Notes: generated from the sequence alone by a model not told the origin. 32,000 bases of DNA from Phycisphaera mikurensis NBRC 102666 (GCF_000284115.1 NC_017080.1:1260001-1292000), one strand, 5' to 3'; numbered from the stretch's first letter, positions 23,027 through 31,539 are shown. A program made the numbers and translations.

Positions 23027-25915
23027 ATGGCCGCGCCCCAAGAGAAAGCATCCGCGAAGAAAGCCGGGAAGAACGCGTACAAGGACACGCTGAACCTGCC
23101 CAGGACCGCCTTCGCGATGAAGGCGAATCTCGTCCAGAGCGAGCCGCAGAGCGTGAAGCGGTGGGCGAAGCTCGGCGTGTACCGGCAGCTGCGGGCGCGG
23201 GCGGCGGAGGCGAAGGCCGCCGGCGATCCGCTGCCCGCCTACGTCGCGCACGACGGCCCGCCCTACGCCAACGGCGACATCCACCTGGGCCACCTGCTCA
23301 ACAAGGTGCTCAAGGACCTGGTGGTCCGCAGCCGCTCGATGGAGGGCTTCGACTGCCCCTACACGCCCGGCTGGGACTGCCACGGCCTGCCCATCGAGCA
23401 CCGCGTCATGCAGGAGCTCGGCCCCGGGGGGCGCGAGCTCGAGCCGCTGAAGATCCGCAGGAAGTGCGCCGCCTACGCCGGCAAGCACGTCAAGACGCAG
23501 CGTCAGCAGATGGAGCGGCTGCTGACGCTGGCCGACTACGAGAACCCGTACCTCACGATGGACTCGCGCTACGAGGCGGGCGTGCTGGAGGTCTTCGCCG
23601 GGATGCTCGAAGCGGGGCTGGTGTACCGCGACCTCAAGCCGGTTCACTGGTCGGTGGACAACCAGACGGCCCTGGCCGAGGCGGAGCTGGAGTACCACGA
23701 CCGGGAGGACACCTCCGTGTACGTGCGCTTCGCGATGAACAACAGCGGGTCCGAGGGCCTGCTGATCTGGACGACGACGCCCTGGACGCTGCCGGCGAAC
23801 CTGGCCGTCGCGGTGCACCCGCGGATGGAGTACGGGCTCTACGAGATCGCGGGCAACGACCCGACGTGGATCGCGGTGGCGCTCGCGCCAGCGGTCGCGG
23901 CGAAGCGGGAGGTCGGGCTGCCCGGGCCGCTGAAGGTCGTGAAGGGCGAGGCCCTCGTCGGCCGCACCTACGCCCACCCTTTCGTCGGCCGCGAGGGCCG
24001 CGTCGTGCCCGCCGAGTACGTCACCGACGAGGACGGCACCGGGCTGGTGCACACCGCGCCGGGCCACGGCGCCGAGGACTATCAGACCGGGCTGAGGGAA
24101 GGACTGGACGTCTACTGCCCGGTGCTGCCCGACGGCACCTACGACGACACCGTGCCGGACTGGCTGCGGGGCAAGAGCATCTGGGAGGCGAACCAGGAGA
24201 TCGTTGAGCGCCTCGAGCGCGACGGCGTCCTCTTCTTCGACGAGCGCTTCACCCACAGCTACCCGCACGACTGGCGTGGCAAGCAGCCGGTGATCTTCCG
24301 CGCCACCGAGCAGTGGTTCTGCGCCGTCGACAAGCCGGCGACCGGACCGCTCGCGGGCAAGACGCTGCGGCAGGCCGGCCTGGACGCCGTCGGGAAGGAC
24401 ACGAGCTTCCAGCCGGCGTGGGGGCAGAACCGCCTGCGCGGGATGATCGAGAGCCGGCCGGACTGGTGCCTCTCGCGGCAACGCAGCTGGGGCCTGCCGA
24501 TCCCGGCCTTCTTCGACGCCCAGGGCCGGCCGCTGCTCACGGCCGCGAGCGTCCGCGCCGTCGCGGAGGTGATCGGCGACAGGGGCAGCGACGCCTGGTT
24601 CTTCCTTCCCGCCGCGGACCTGCTCGCCCGGTACGACCCCGCCGCCGACCCGGACGCACCGGCCTGGGCCGGCGACGACGCGCTCGCCTCGCTTGTCAAG
24701 GGCGGCGACACCTTCGACGTCTGGTTCGAGTCCGGCTCCAGCTGGCACGCGGTGCTGCGGGAGGGCTGGCGGGAGGCCCAGGCCGAGCCCGCCTCCGGCG
24801 AAGCGTTCCCGGCCGACCTCTACCTGGAAGGCAGCGACCAGCACCGCGGCTGGTTCCAGCACTCGCTGCTCCCGGCGCTCGCCGTCACCGGCCGGCCGCC
24901 CTTCGAGGGCGTGCTCACGCACGGCTTCATGGTCGACCGCGACGGCCGCAAGATGAGCAAGTCGCTGGGCAACGCGCTGGAGGTCGCCACGCTGATGCAG
25001 CAGCACGGCGCCGACGTCTGCCGCTGGTGGGTCGCCTCGCTGAACACCGACAACGACGTCAAGGTCGACGAGGCCTTCTTCAAGACCGCCGGTGAGGCCT
25101 ACCGCAAGGTCCGCAACACGCTGCGTTTCCTGCTGTCCAACCTCGACGGCTTCCGCATGCGGGGCGGCCGCGTGAAATTCGAAGCGGCCGACGCGACCAG
25201 CCTCGACGCGTGGCTCACCGGCGAGCTGGTGACGCTCTCGGTGTCCGTGCGGCGGGCGTACCGCGAGAACCGCTACCGCCGGGCGCAGGAGCTGCTCTTC
25301 GGCTTCTGCAACGAGACGCTCTCGGGCGTGTACCTCTCGGCCGTGAAGGACCGGCTGTACTGCGACGAGGCGGACGGGCGTCGGCGCCGCCGGACGCAGA
25401 CGACGCTCTACCGCGTGACCACGGTTCTGGTCCGTCTGCTCGGACCGATCCTGCCGCACACGGCCGACGAGGCCTGGGCGGCGCTCCACCCCGACGACGA
25501 CGAGGCCTGCGTGCACCTGTGCCGCTTCGCGGACGTCGCGAAGATCGCCGAGACGCCGGTGAGCGAGGCCTGGCCGGCGGTGATGGAGGCTCGGAAGCGC
25601 TGGATGCTCGCCCTCGAGCAGCACCGCGAGCGGGCGAAGGCCTGCGGCGGCGCGGACGCGCCGCTGGACCTGGGCCTCGTGCTGCCCGCCGCCGAGCTGC
25701 CCGAGGGCTTCGACCCCGTGGAGCTCGCTGACCTCTGCGGCGTGAGCCGCGTGGAGGTCGGCGAGGCGGAGGAGGTCGCCGTCGTGGACCTCTCGCGGCA
25801 GCCGCGCTGCGAGCGCAGCTGGAAGCGGGACGGGACCGTGAAGCCCCGGCCGGACAACGGCCTGCTGTCCGACCGGGACTGGCGGGTGGTGTCGTCGCTG
25901 CACGCGAGCGGGTGA
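23027..25915 (+). CDS. ileS: Isoleucine--tRNA ligase
   Basis: HIGH motif PPYANGDIHLGH, KMSKS motif KMSKSLGN, CP1 editing-domain-like TTPWTLPAN, and WCLSRQRSWG. I trimmed track ORF 21761..25915 to the ATG at 23027 (MAAPQEKASAKKAGKNAYKDTLNLPRTAF). Confidence 0.95.
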   Translation: MAAPQEKASAKKAGKNAYKDTLNLPRTAFAMKANLVQSEPQSVKRWAKLGVYRQLRARAAEAKAAGDPLPAYVAHDGPPYANGDIHLGHLLNKVLKDLVVRSRSMEGFDCPYTPGWDCHGLPIEHRVMQELGPGGRELEPLKIRRKCAAYAGKHVKTQRQQMERLLTLADYENPYLTMDSRYEAGVLEVFAGMLEAGLVYRDLKPVHWSVDNQTALAEAELEYHDREDTSVYVRFAMNNSGSEGLLIWTTTPWTLPANLAVAVHPRMEYGLYEIAGNDPTWIAVALAPAVAAKREVGLPGPLKVVKGEALVGRTYAHPFVGREGRVVPAEYVTDEDGTGLVHTAPGHGAEDYQTGLREGLDVYCPVLPDGTYDDTVPDWLRGKSIWEANQEIVERLERDGVLFFDERFTHSYPHDWRGKQPVIFRATEQWFCAVDKPATGPLAGKTLRQAGLDAVGKDTSFQPAWGQNRLRGMIESRPDWCLSRQRSWGLPIPAFFDAQGRPLLTAASVRAVAEVIGDRGSDAWFFLPAADLLARYDPAADPDAPAWAGDDALASLVKGGDTFDVWFESGSSWHAVLREGWREAQAEPASGEAFPADLYLEGSDQHRGWFQHSLLPALAVTGRPPFEGVLTHGFMVDRDGRKMSKSLGNALEVATLMQQHGADVCRWWVASLNTDNDVKVDEAFFKTAGEAYRKVRNTLRFLLSNLDGFRMRGGRVKFEAADATSLDAWLTGELVTLSVSVRRAYRENRYRRAQELLFGFCNETLSGVYLSAVKDRLYCDEADGRRRRRTQTTLYRVTTVLVRLLGPILPHTADEAWAALHPDDDEACVHLCRFADVAKIAETPVSEAWPAVMEARKRWMLALEQHRERAKACGGADAPLDLGLVLPAAELPEGFDPVELADLCGVSRVEVGEAEEVAVVDLSRQPRCERSWKRDGTVKPRPDNGLLSDRDWRVVSSLHASG

Positions 25916-25960
25916 AGCCCGACCGCGGGCGGACGCTCAATCGGGCGTCCGGGTCAGCCG

Positions 25961-26392
25961 ATGGACCGGCGGAGGCAACCCCTGGACCTGCGCGGCATCG
26001 ACGAGCTCAGAACCGAGGCGATGGCGGACGCCGTCGCTGCGCTGGGGGACCCCGGCGGCGAGGGCGCCGTCTGGCACCACGGCTTCAGCCACGGCGTGGC
26101 GGGAGGCGGCGCGGCGACGCTGGTCGCCGAAGGTCCGGCGGGGATCCGGGTGCGGATCCGCCTCGCGCCCGGGGACGCGGGAGCGCCCCCGGCGGGGTCG
26201 GCGGACGCCGCGGGCGGCAGCGGCGGGCCGACCACGCCCACCCGGCTGATCTCCGCGACGGTGCTGAAGCTGCGGCGGCAAGGCCACGGCGTCATCCGCC
26301 TCGAGCCCGACGCCGGAGCCGACGCCGCGCCGGGCTGGGACGGGCGGGGGTGGCTCCAGCGGCTCGGCGACAGCCCGGCGGATGCCGCCTGA
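25961..26392 (+). CDS. Hypothetical protein (143 aa, Gly/Ala/Asp-rich)
   Basis: ATG start and strong GC3 bias in this frame. No recognisable motif. It sits between ileS and the HD-GYP gene. Confidence 0.4.
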   Translation: MDRRRQPLDLRGIDELRTEAMADAVAALGDPGGEGAVWHHGFSHGVAGGGAATLVAEGPAGIRVRIRLAPGDAGAPPAGSADAAGGSGGPTTPTRLISATVLKLRRQGHGVIRLEPDAGADAAPGWDGRGWLQRLGDSPADAA

Positions 26393-26482
26393 AGCGCCCG
26401 GGGCGGCGGGTTCAAGTCGGGGCGTCGCGGACCCGATCCCTCCGGGCCGGACCCGAGCCGCGACCAGGAGTAGACAAACCGC

Positions 26483-27748
26483 ATGGAGATGAAGGGGAAG
26501 AAGATCCTTGTGAGCGGGCTCCGCGTGGGGGAGACGCTCAGCGCCGACATCGTCGGGCCCGATGGCGTCCTGCTGCTGCGGCACGGCGTCCGGGTCGAGG
26601 CCGCGCTGCTGGAGCGGCTCCGGTCCCGCGGCATCGAGGAGGTTCACCTCAACGGCGACGTCGCCGCCGACGCGGCCGCGCCCGTGGGCGGCCCCGGGGA
26701 GGCGGCCTACGAGGAGCCGCCGGACCCCGAGCCGACCGTGCCGCTGAGCGAGCCGCTCGCCCCGGAGTCGTACGAACCCCGCGACGAGATCTGCACGCCG
26801 CTGCCGCGCCTGCGCGAGCGGGAGTTCGGCGAGGCGGCACGGGTCGCCGAGGACTCGATGGGGACGGCGATCCAGCGGTACGGGTCGCTGGCCGGCGCCT
26901 TCCGGGGCGGCCGGCTGTCCGAGGGCAGCGCCGCCGTGCAGATGCTGCTGGGCCTGCGGCGGGTGGGCGAGCGCGACATCGACCTCGTCACGCTCATGCT
27001 CGTGCTGGACCGGCCCGGCATCGGCCCGCTGTTGCAGCACGCGGTGCGGCAGTCGGTGGTCGCGATGCGGCTGGGGCGGCGGCTGGGGCTGGGCAACGAC
27101 GCCGTGCTCGACGCCGGGCTGGTCGCGCTCTTCAGCGACATCGGGATGTCCGGCGTCGCCGAGGAGCTGATCGCCCGCCCGGGCCGCCTGAGCCCCACCG
27201 AGTGGGAGCGTGTCCACCGGCACTGCGGCGCGTCCTCGGACCTGGTCGCGAAGATGACGGGCATCCGCCCGATCATCGCCCACGCGGTCTACCAGCACCA
27301 CGAACGCCCCAACGGCGGCGGGTACCCCCGCGGCCGGCGCGGCGTTTTCCTGCACCCGCTCGCGCGGATCGCCTCGGTGGCCGACGTCTTCACCGCGGTG
27401 ATGGAGCACCGGCCGCACCGGCCGGCCCGCTCGCCGCACCACGCCGTCTGCGCGGCGCTGGAGGGCGTGAAAGCCGGCCGCCTCGACGCCCGCGTCGTGC
27501 GGGCGCTGCTGGCGGAGGTTTCGCTGTTCCCGGTGGGCACCCCCCTGCACCTCTCCGACGGCCGGATCGGCACCGTGTACCGGACCGACGCGGAGGTGGC
27601 CGATCGCCCCGTCCTCACCTTCGACGACGGCCAGAAGCCCGGGAAGCTGGAGCTGCGGCTGCGGCCGGAGCTCAAGATCGTCGGGGTGGGCGACGCGAAG
27701 CCCGAGGCGATCCCGGAGCCCGGGGAGCCGCTGGCCCCGGCGGCGTGA
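26483..27748 (+). CDS. DUF3391-like N-terminal domain plus HD-GYP-type domain protein (degenerate HD dyad)
   Basis: An AGGAG lies 13 nt upstream of the ATG. The N-terminus KKILVSGLRVGETLSADIV...LLERLRSRGIEEVHL resembles the DUF3391 domain found on HD-GYP proteins. The C-terminal region has QHAVRQS...LFSDIGM...HRHCG...YQHHERPNGGGYPRG...VADVFTA. Confidence 0.85.
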   Translation: MEMKGKKILVSGLRVGETLSADIVGPDGVLLLRHGVRVEAALLERLRSRGIEEVHLNGDVAADAAAPVGGPGEAAYEEPPDPEPTVPLSEPLAPESYEPRDEICTPLPRLREREFGEAARVAEDSMGTAIQRYGSLAGAFRGGRLSEGSAAVQMLLGLRRVGERDIDLVTLMLVLDRPGIGPLLQHAVRQSVVAMRLGRRLGLGNDAVLDAGLVALFSDIGMSGVAEELIARPGRLSPTEWERVHRHCGASSDLVAKMTGIRPIIAHAVYQHHERPNGGGYPRGRRGVFLHPLARIASVADVFTAVMEHRPHRPARSPHHAVCAALEGVKAGRLDARVVRALLAEVSLFPVGTPLHLSDGRIGTVYRTDAEVADRPVLTFDDGQKPGKLELRLRPELKIVGVGDAKPEAIPEPGEPLAPAA

Positions 27749-27813
27749 CGCCGCCGGGGCGGGGCCTGCGCCGCGTACGCGGCAGCCGCTCCGGGTTCCG
27801 CGCCGCCCCCGTC

Positions 27814-27859
27814 CCGCGGACCGTCGGCGTTTCCGGCTCCGATCGGCCGCGGTCCGCGG
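27814..27859. repeat. Palindromic element copy E, between convergent gene ends
   Basis: Perfect arms at 27814-27823 and 27850-27859. It shares a 20-mer with copy C. A 9-bp tandem array follows immediately. Confidence 0.85.
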
Positions 27860-27864
27860 GAGCC

Positions 27865-27927
27865 GGACCTGCCGGACCTGCCTGACCTGCCTGACCTGCC
27901 TGACCTGCCTGACCTGCCTGACCTGCC
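27865..27927. repeat. Tandem repeat, 9-bp unit x7 (2x GGACCTGCC then 5x TGACCTGCC)
   Basis: Read directly from the sequence. The array ends 2 nt before the complement of the PPIase stop codon (27930-27932). It is intergenic between convergent genes. Confidence 0.95.
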
Positions 27928-27929
27928 GG

Positions 27930-28361
27930 TCAGTCTTCGATGGTGACCTTGTTCATCTTGTCCCCGCCGGCGATGCTGTCGACCACGTCCTGGCCGGAGG
28001 TGACCTTGCCGAACACGCCGTGCTTGCCGTCGAGCCACGGGGTGGCGACGTGGGTGATGAAGAACTGGCTGCCGTTGGTGTTCGGGCCGGCGTTGGCCAT
28101 GGAGAGCACGCCGGGGCCGTCGTGCTTCTTCTGCAGGGCGGACTTCTCGTCGTCAAACTTGTAGCCCGCATCGCCGGTGCCGGTGCCCTTGGGGCAGCCG
28201 GCTTGGACCATGAAGTCGGGGATGACGCGGTGGAAGGTCAGGCCGTCGTAGAAGCCGTCCTTGGCGAGCTTGATCCAGTTGCCCGCCGTCGCGGGGCAGT
28301 CGTCGTCGTACAGGTCCAGGACGATGTCGCCCTTGTCGGTCTTAATGGTGGCGGTGGCCAT
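27930..28361 (-). CDS. Cyclophilin-type peptidyl-prolyl cis-trans isomerase
   Basis: 143 aa with the cyclophilin motifs [15 protein letters not shown] and [18 protein letters not shown]. Confidence 0.95.
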   Translation of the reverse strand: MATATIKTDKGDIVLDLYDDDCPATAGNWIKLAKDGFYDGLTFHRVIPDFMVQAGCPKGTGTGDAGYKFDDEKSALQKKHDGPGVLSMANAGPNTNGSQFFITHVATPWLDGKHGVFGKVTSGQDVVDSIAGGDKMNKVTIED

Positions 28362-28549
28362 GATCGGGTCTCGGGGGGGTTGGAAAAGGGGCGGAGGGTA
28401 GGGCGGTTGGGCGGTCTTGCTTGACAGAAAGCAGGCGAAGAAGCGGCGCGGCGGGCGATCTCCGACGCTCGACGGGGGTGGCCCGCGGAAGTTCTCTTCC
28501 GGAGAATGGGCGCCACCGGGCGAGAGAGAAAGAGGGAGAGTCAGCAGCG

Positions 28550-28582
28550 AGCAACTCTGGTCGCCGAAGGCGACGCGTTGCT
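28550..28582 (-). terminator. Candidate intrinsic terminator downstream of uxaC
   Basis: Hairpin AGCAAC-tctg-GTCGCC-gaa-GGCGAC-gc-GTTGCT, written on the + strand. On the minus strand it is followed by the pyrimidine tract CTCTCCCTCTTTCTCTCTC. It lies 24 nt past the uxaC stop. Confidence 0.35.
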
Positions 28583-28583
28583 G

Positions 28584-28628
28584 ACTTCCTCACTTCCTCG
28601 CTTCCTCACTTCCCCGCTTGACTTCCCC
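28584..28628. repeat. Tandem 8-bp repeat (RCTTCCYC x4 plus one spaced copy) spanning the uxaC stop codon
   Basis: acttcctc acttcctc gcttcctc acttcccc (28584-28615), then gcttg, then acttcccc (28621-28628). The minus strand reads GAGGAAGT-type purine repeats. Confidence 0.8.
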
Positions 28629-30057
28629 GCTCGCTCTGCACCCCCAGAAACGCCATCGCGTTGCCGAAGCAGATGCCCCGCACGATCCCGTCGAGCAGGT
28701 CCGCGTCGTCGGGGATGAGGCCGGCGTCGACCCGCCTCCCGATCTCGTCGCAGAGGATTCGGCGGAAGTACTCGTGGCGGGGGAAGGACAGGAAGCTGCG
28801 GCTGTCGGTGAGCATGCCGATGAAGGTGGACAGCACGCCGACCTCCATCAGGGTCTGGATCTGGTCGCGCATGCCGCGGTCCTGGTCGAGGAACCACCAG
28901 CCCGAGCCGAACTGGACGTGCCCGGGAGCGGTCGATCCGCCGCCGGCCGGCCTGCCCTGGAAGCTGCCGGCGACCGTGGCGAAGAGGTGGTTGTCGACGG
29001 GGTTGAGGTTGTAGAGCACGGTGCGGGGCAGCCTGCCGGCGGCGGCGAGCGCCGAGAGGTGGCGGACGAGGCCGGGGCCCTGCCGGGCGTCGCCGATGGC
29101 GTCGAAGCCGGTGTCGGGCCCGAGGGCATCGAAGCCGGCGGCGTTGAGGTTCCGCGCCGCGCCGAGGTGCAGCTGGTGCACGCGGCCATCGTCGTGGTCG
29201 AGCTTCCCGAAGAGGTGCATCAGGTAGGCCGAGAAGCTCGCCTGCCCGTCGGGCCCGGCCGCGGCCTCGTCGTGGCCGCGGAGGCGGTCGAAGACCCGGG
29301 CCGCGGCACTCTCGCTGGGCGCGGCGTCGGGCAGGGCGAGCAAGCCGTGGTCCGAGGCGCGGCAGCCGAGCTCGCCGAAGAAGGCGTGCCGCCGCTTCAG
29401 AGCGTCCACCAGCGTGGCCAGCGAGTCGATCTCGACGCCGGCGGCGGCGCCCAACGCGTCCATCGCGCGGTTCCAGGCCGCCGTGTCGCCGAGCTGGTGG
29501 CAGGCATCGGGCCGGAAGGTCGGCACGACGCGCAGGCCCTCGATCGGGTCGCTCGCCAGCGCCGCGTGGTGATCGAGCGGATCGGCGGCGAAGTCGGTGG
29601 TGCCGACCAGGCGGACGTCGAAGCGGCGGAGCAGCGCGGGCGCCGGCGTCGCCGCGAGGATCCGGTTGGCCTCGTCCCAGACCTCCTGGGCGCTGCCCCC
29701 GTCGAGCATCGTGTCGATGCCGAAGCAGCGGCGGAGCTCCAGGTGCGTCCAGTGGTGCAGCGGGTTGCCGATCAGACGCGGGACGCTTTCTGCGAAGGCC
29801 TGGAACTTCGCCCGCGGGTCGGCGTCGCCGGTGATGAGGCGTTCCTCGACGCCGAGGGCGCGCATCGCCCGCCACTTGTAGTGGTCGCCGCCGAGCCAAG
29901 CCGCGTGCAGGTCCTCGAAGGTCCGCCGGCTCGCGAGGTCCGCCGGCGGGAGGTGGCAGTGGTAGTCGCAGATGGGCTCGCCGGAGGCGGCCTCGTGGTA
30001 CAGCCGGCGGGCGGCGGCGCAGGAGAGCAAGAAGTCGTCGTGGAGGTACGCGGGCAT
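28606..30057 (-). CDS. uxaC: Glucuronate isomerase
   Basis: MPAYLHDDFLLSCAAARRLYHEAASGEPICDYHCHLPP...GGDHYKWRAMRALGV...NPLHHWTHLELRR is typical UxaC. The track ORF begins at TTG 30069; I prefer the ATG at 30057. Confidence 0.9.
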   Translation of the reverse strand: MPAYLHDDFLLSCAAARRLYHEAASGEPICDYHCHLPPADLASRRTFEDLHAAWLGGDHYKWRAMRALGVEERLITGDADPRAKFQAFAESVPRLIGNPLHHWTHLELRRCFGIDTMLDGGSAQEVWDEANRILAATPAPALLRRFDVRLVGTTDFAADPLDHHAALASDPIEGLRVVPTFRPDACHQLGDTAAWNRAMDALGAAAGVEIDSLATLVDALKRRHAFFGELGCRASDHGLLALPDAAPSESAAARVFDRLRGHDEAAAGPDGQASFSAYLMHLFGKLDHDDGRVHQLHLGAARNLNAAGFDALGPDTGFDAIGDARQGPGLVRHLSALAAAGRLPRTVLYNLNPVDNHLFATVAGSFQGRPAGGGSTAPGHVQFGSGWWFLDQDRGMRDQIQTLMEVGVLSTFIGMLTDSRSFLSFPRHEYFRRILCDEIGRRVDAGLIPDDADLLDGIVRGICFGNAMAFLGVQSERGSQAGK

Positions 30058-30120
30058 GGCTTCGGGCAAGGCGGTGGGTGCGGCGGGCGCAGAAGGGTTG
30101 GCGAAGCGACCGTCGCGGCC

Positions 30121-31539
30121 TCAGCGGCCGCGGCCGCGGGCGAGCCGGCGGCCGAGCGTCCGCAACGCCTCGAGCAGTTCGGCGGTCGTGGCGATCACGG
30201 GCTCCCCGGGAGCGGGCCGCAGCACGCCGCGCCGCAGGCGGGAGAGCTCCGAGGCTTCGCGCTTGCTGCTCCGCAGCAGGCCGCTGAACTCGGCGTGGCG
30301 GGCGGCCTGCGTCAGGTTCTGCGCGACGCTGTACAGATCGACGGCCGGACCCGGCGGGTCGTACGCGTTCTCGAACACCGGCGAGGTCACACGGTCCTTC
30401 CGCTGCATCCGGCGCAGGTCCTGCCGGATGCGGGAGGAGGACAGCATCTCCTGCAGCAGCTTGTCGAGCATGCCGCGGCTGTCGAAGGTCTCGCCGACGC
30501 GGATGCCCGAGCCGAAGTCGACGAGGCAGACGCCGCTGTCGGTGATGACGAAGTTGTCGAGGCGGAGGTCCAGGTGGACGATCCGCGCCACCCGGTGCAG
30601 CTTCTCCACCAGCTCGACGGCGCCGGTGGCGAAGGCGACGGCGCCGATCGGCGGGCCGCCGAGCCGCAGCCACGACATCTCGATCCGCTTGACGAAGCCC
30701 CGCTCGTCCTTCTCGAGGTCGAGCACCCGGGGGAAGCGGCCCGCGTCCACCAGCTCGGGGAGGCGCTCCTGCAGGATCTTCAGGAAGGCCGCTTCGCGGG
30801 TGAGAAACACCGGGAAGATCTTGTTGCCGAGCTTCCGGGCCGCCTGCTCCAGGTCGGCGTGCTTGGCCCCGCCGCCGCGTTCGGCGTGCCGGGCCAGCCG
30901 CCGCTGGATCGCGGTCATCGTCGGCACGCGCTTGATGACGCGGAAGCCGCTGGGCTGGCCGGCATCACGGCCGAGGCGGACGTCGAAGGAGTGGTGGTAG
31001 AGGCTCGGCCGGTCCTCGGGCTCGTGCCGCACCTTCCGCCAGGCGCGGGCGGCGGCGCGGCGGCCGGGCCATCCCAGCACCGGGCCCAGCAGGCCCGAGG
31101 GCGCCAGCGGCCAGGGCGGGAGCGGGCAGGGATCGCCCTCGGCCAGCCACTCGCCGCCCGCGAACCCGGCCTCGCGGGCGGCGAGCGCCCGCCGGTTGGC
31201 CGCCGTCAACAGCAGAACGCCGCCCCAGCGCAGCCGCGCGAGCAGGGCGTCGGCGGGCACCGCGGCGGGGGCGGCGGCGACGTAGAGGTTCACCGCCGGC
31301 TCCGGGGCCTCGGGGTCGGTGGGGGCCGGCGGCGCGGCGGCGGCCGCGGCGGGAAGCCGGTGCAGGCGGGCGACCCGCTCGGGCCCGGCCTGTCCGGGGC
31401 CTCTGGTGGGCTTCCCGTTCAGGCGCGTGGCGACGGCGGCCGCCACGGCGTCGCGGGCGCGGGGGGTGCCGGTTCCGGCGACGCCGCCGGGATCGCCGCG
31501 GCGCTGCCCGTCGGCGGGCGTCTCAGGGCGTCCGCTCAT
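30121..31539 (-). CDS. Atypical protein-kinase-like protein with an Ala/Pro/Gly-rich N-terminal region
   Basis: Catalytic-loop-like VHLDLRLDNFVI (HxDxxxxN), DFG in CLVDFGSGIRVGE, and a candidate beta3 Lys in FRVIKRV. No glycine-rich loop. Its ATG at 31539 overlaps the upstream ORF by 17 nt. Confidence 0.6.
   Translation of the reverse strand: MSGRPETPADGQRRGDPGGVAGTGTPRARDAVAAAVATRLNGKPTRGPGQAGPERVARLHRLPAAAAAAPPAPTDPEAPEPAVNLYVAAAPAAVPADALLARLRWGGVLLLTAANRRALAAREAGFAGGEWLAEGDPCPLPPWPLAPSGLLGPVLGWPGRRAAARAWRKVRHEPEDRPSLYHHSFDVRLGRDAGQPSGFRVIKRVPTMTAIQRRLARHAERGGGAKHADLEQAARKLGNKIFPVFLTREAAFLKILQERLPELVDAGRFPRVLDLEKDERGFVKRIEMSWLRLGGPPIGAVAFATGAVELVEKLHRVARIVHLDLRLDNFVITDSGVCLVDFGSGIRVGETFDSRGMLDKLLQEMLSSSRIRQDLRRMQRKDRVTSPVFENAYDPPGPAVDLYSVAQNLTQAARHAEFSGLLRSSKREASELSRLRRGVLRPAPGEPVIATTAELLEALRTLGRRLARGRGR

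Noticed and set aside
22868-25903. 1011-aa minus-strand ORF antisense to ileS, plus other shadow ORFs (25937..27550, 25912..27885, 28541..30673)
   Set aside because: The opposite or alternative frames carry unmistakable IleRS, HD-GYP and UxaC motifs. The shadow frames are Arg/Pro-rich.
25930-25951. Hairpin CGGACGC-tcaatcgg-GCGTCCG just after the ileS stop, as a terminator
   Set aside because: It has only a 7-bp stem, no trailing T/U tract, and the next gene starts 10 nt later. That is too weak to call.
26425-26466. GTCGCGG...CCGCGAC inverted repeat upstream of the HD-GYP gene, as a possible eighth element copy
   Set aside because: The arms match the family core poorly (8/10 and 5/10 at the 36-nt offset). 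It is at most an unrelated weak hairpin.
27865-27927. Possible CRISPR array
   Set aside because: The units are 9 bp and directly tandem with no spacers, and there are no cas genes. It is a microsatellite-like repeat.
27289-28038. Minus-strand ORF containing GRSGRSGRSGRS, read across the 9-bp array
   Set aside because: The repeat peptide is a by-product of translating the tandem DNA repeat. The ORF overlaps both the HD-GYP and PPIase genes out of frame.
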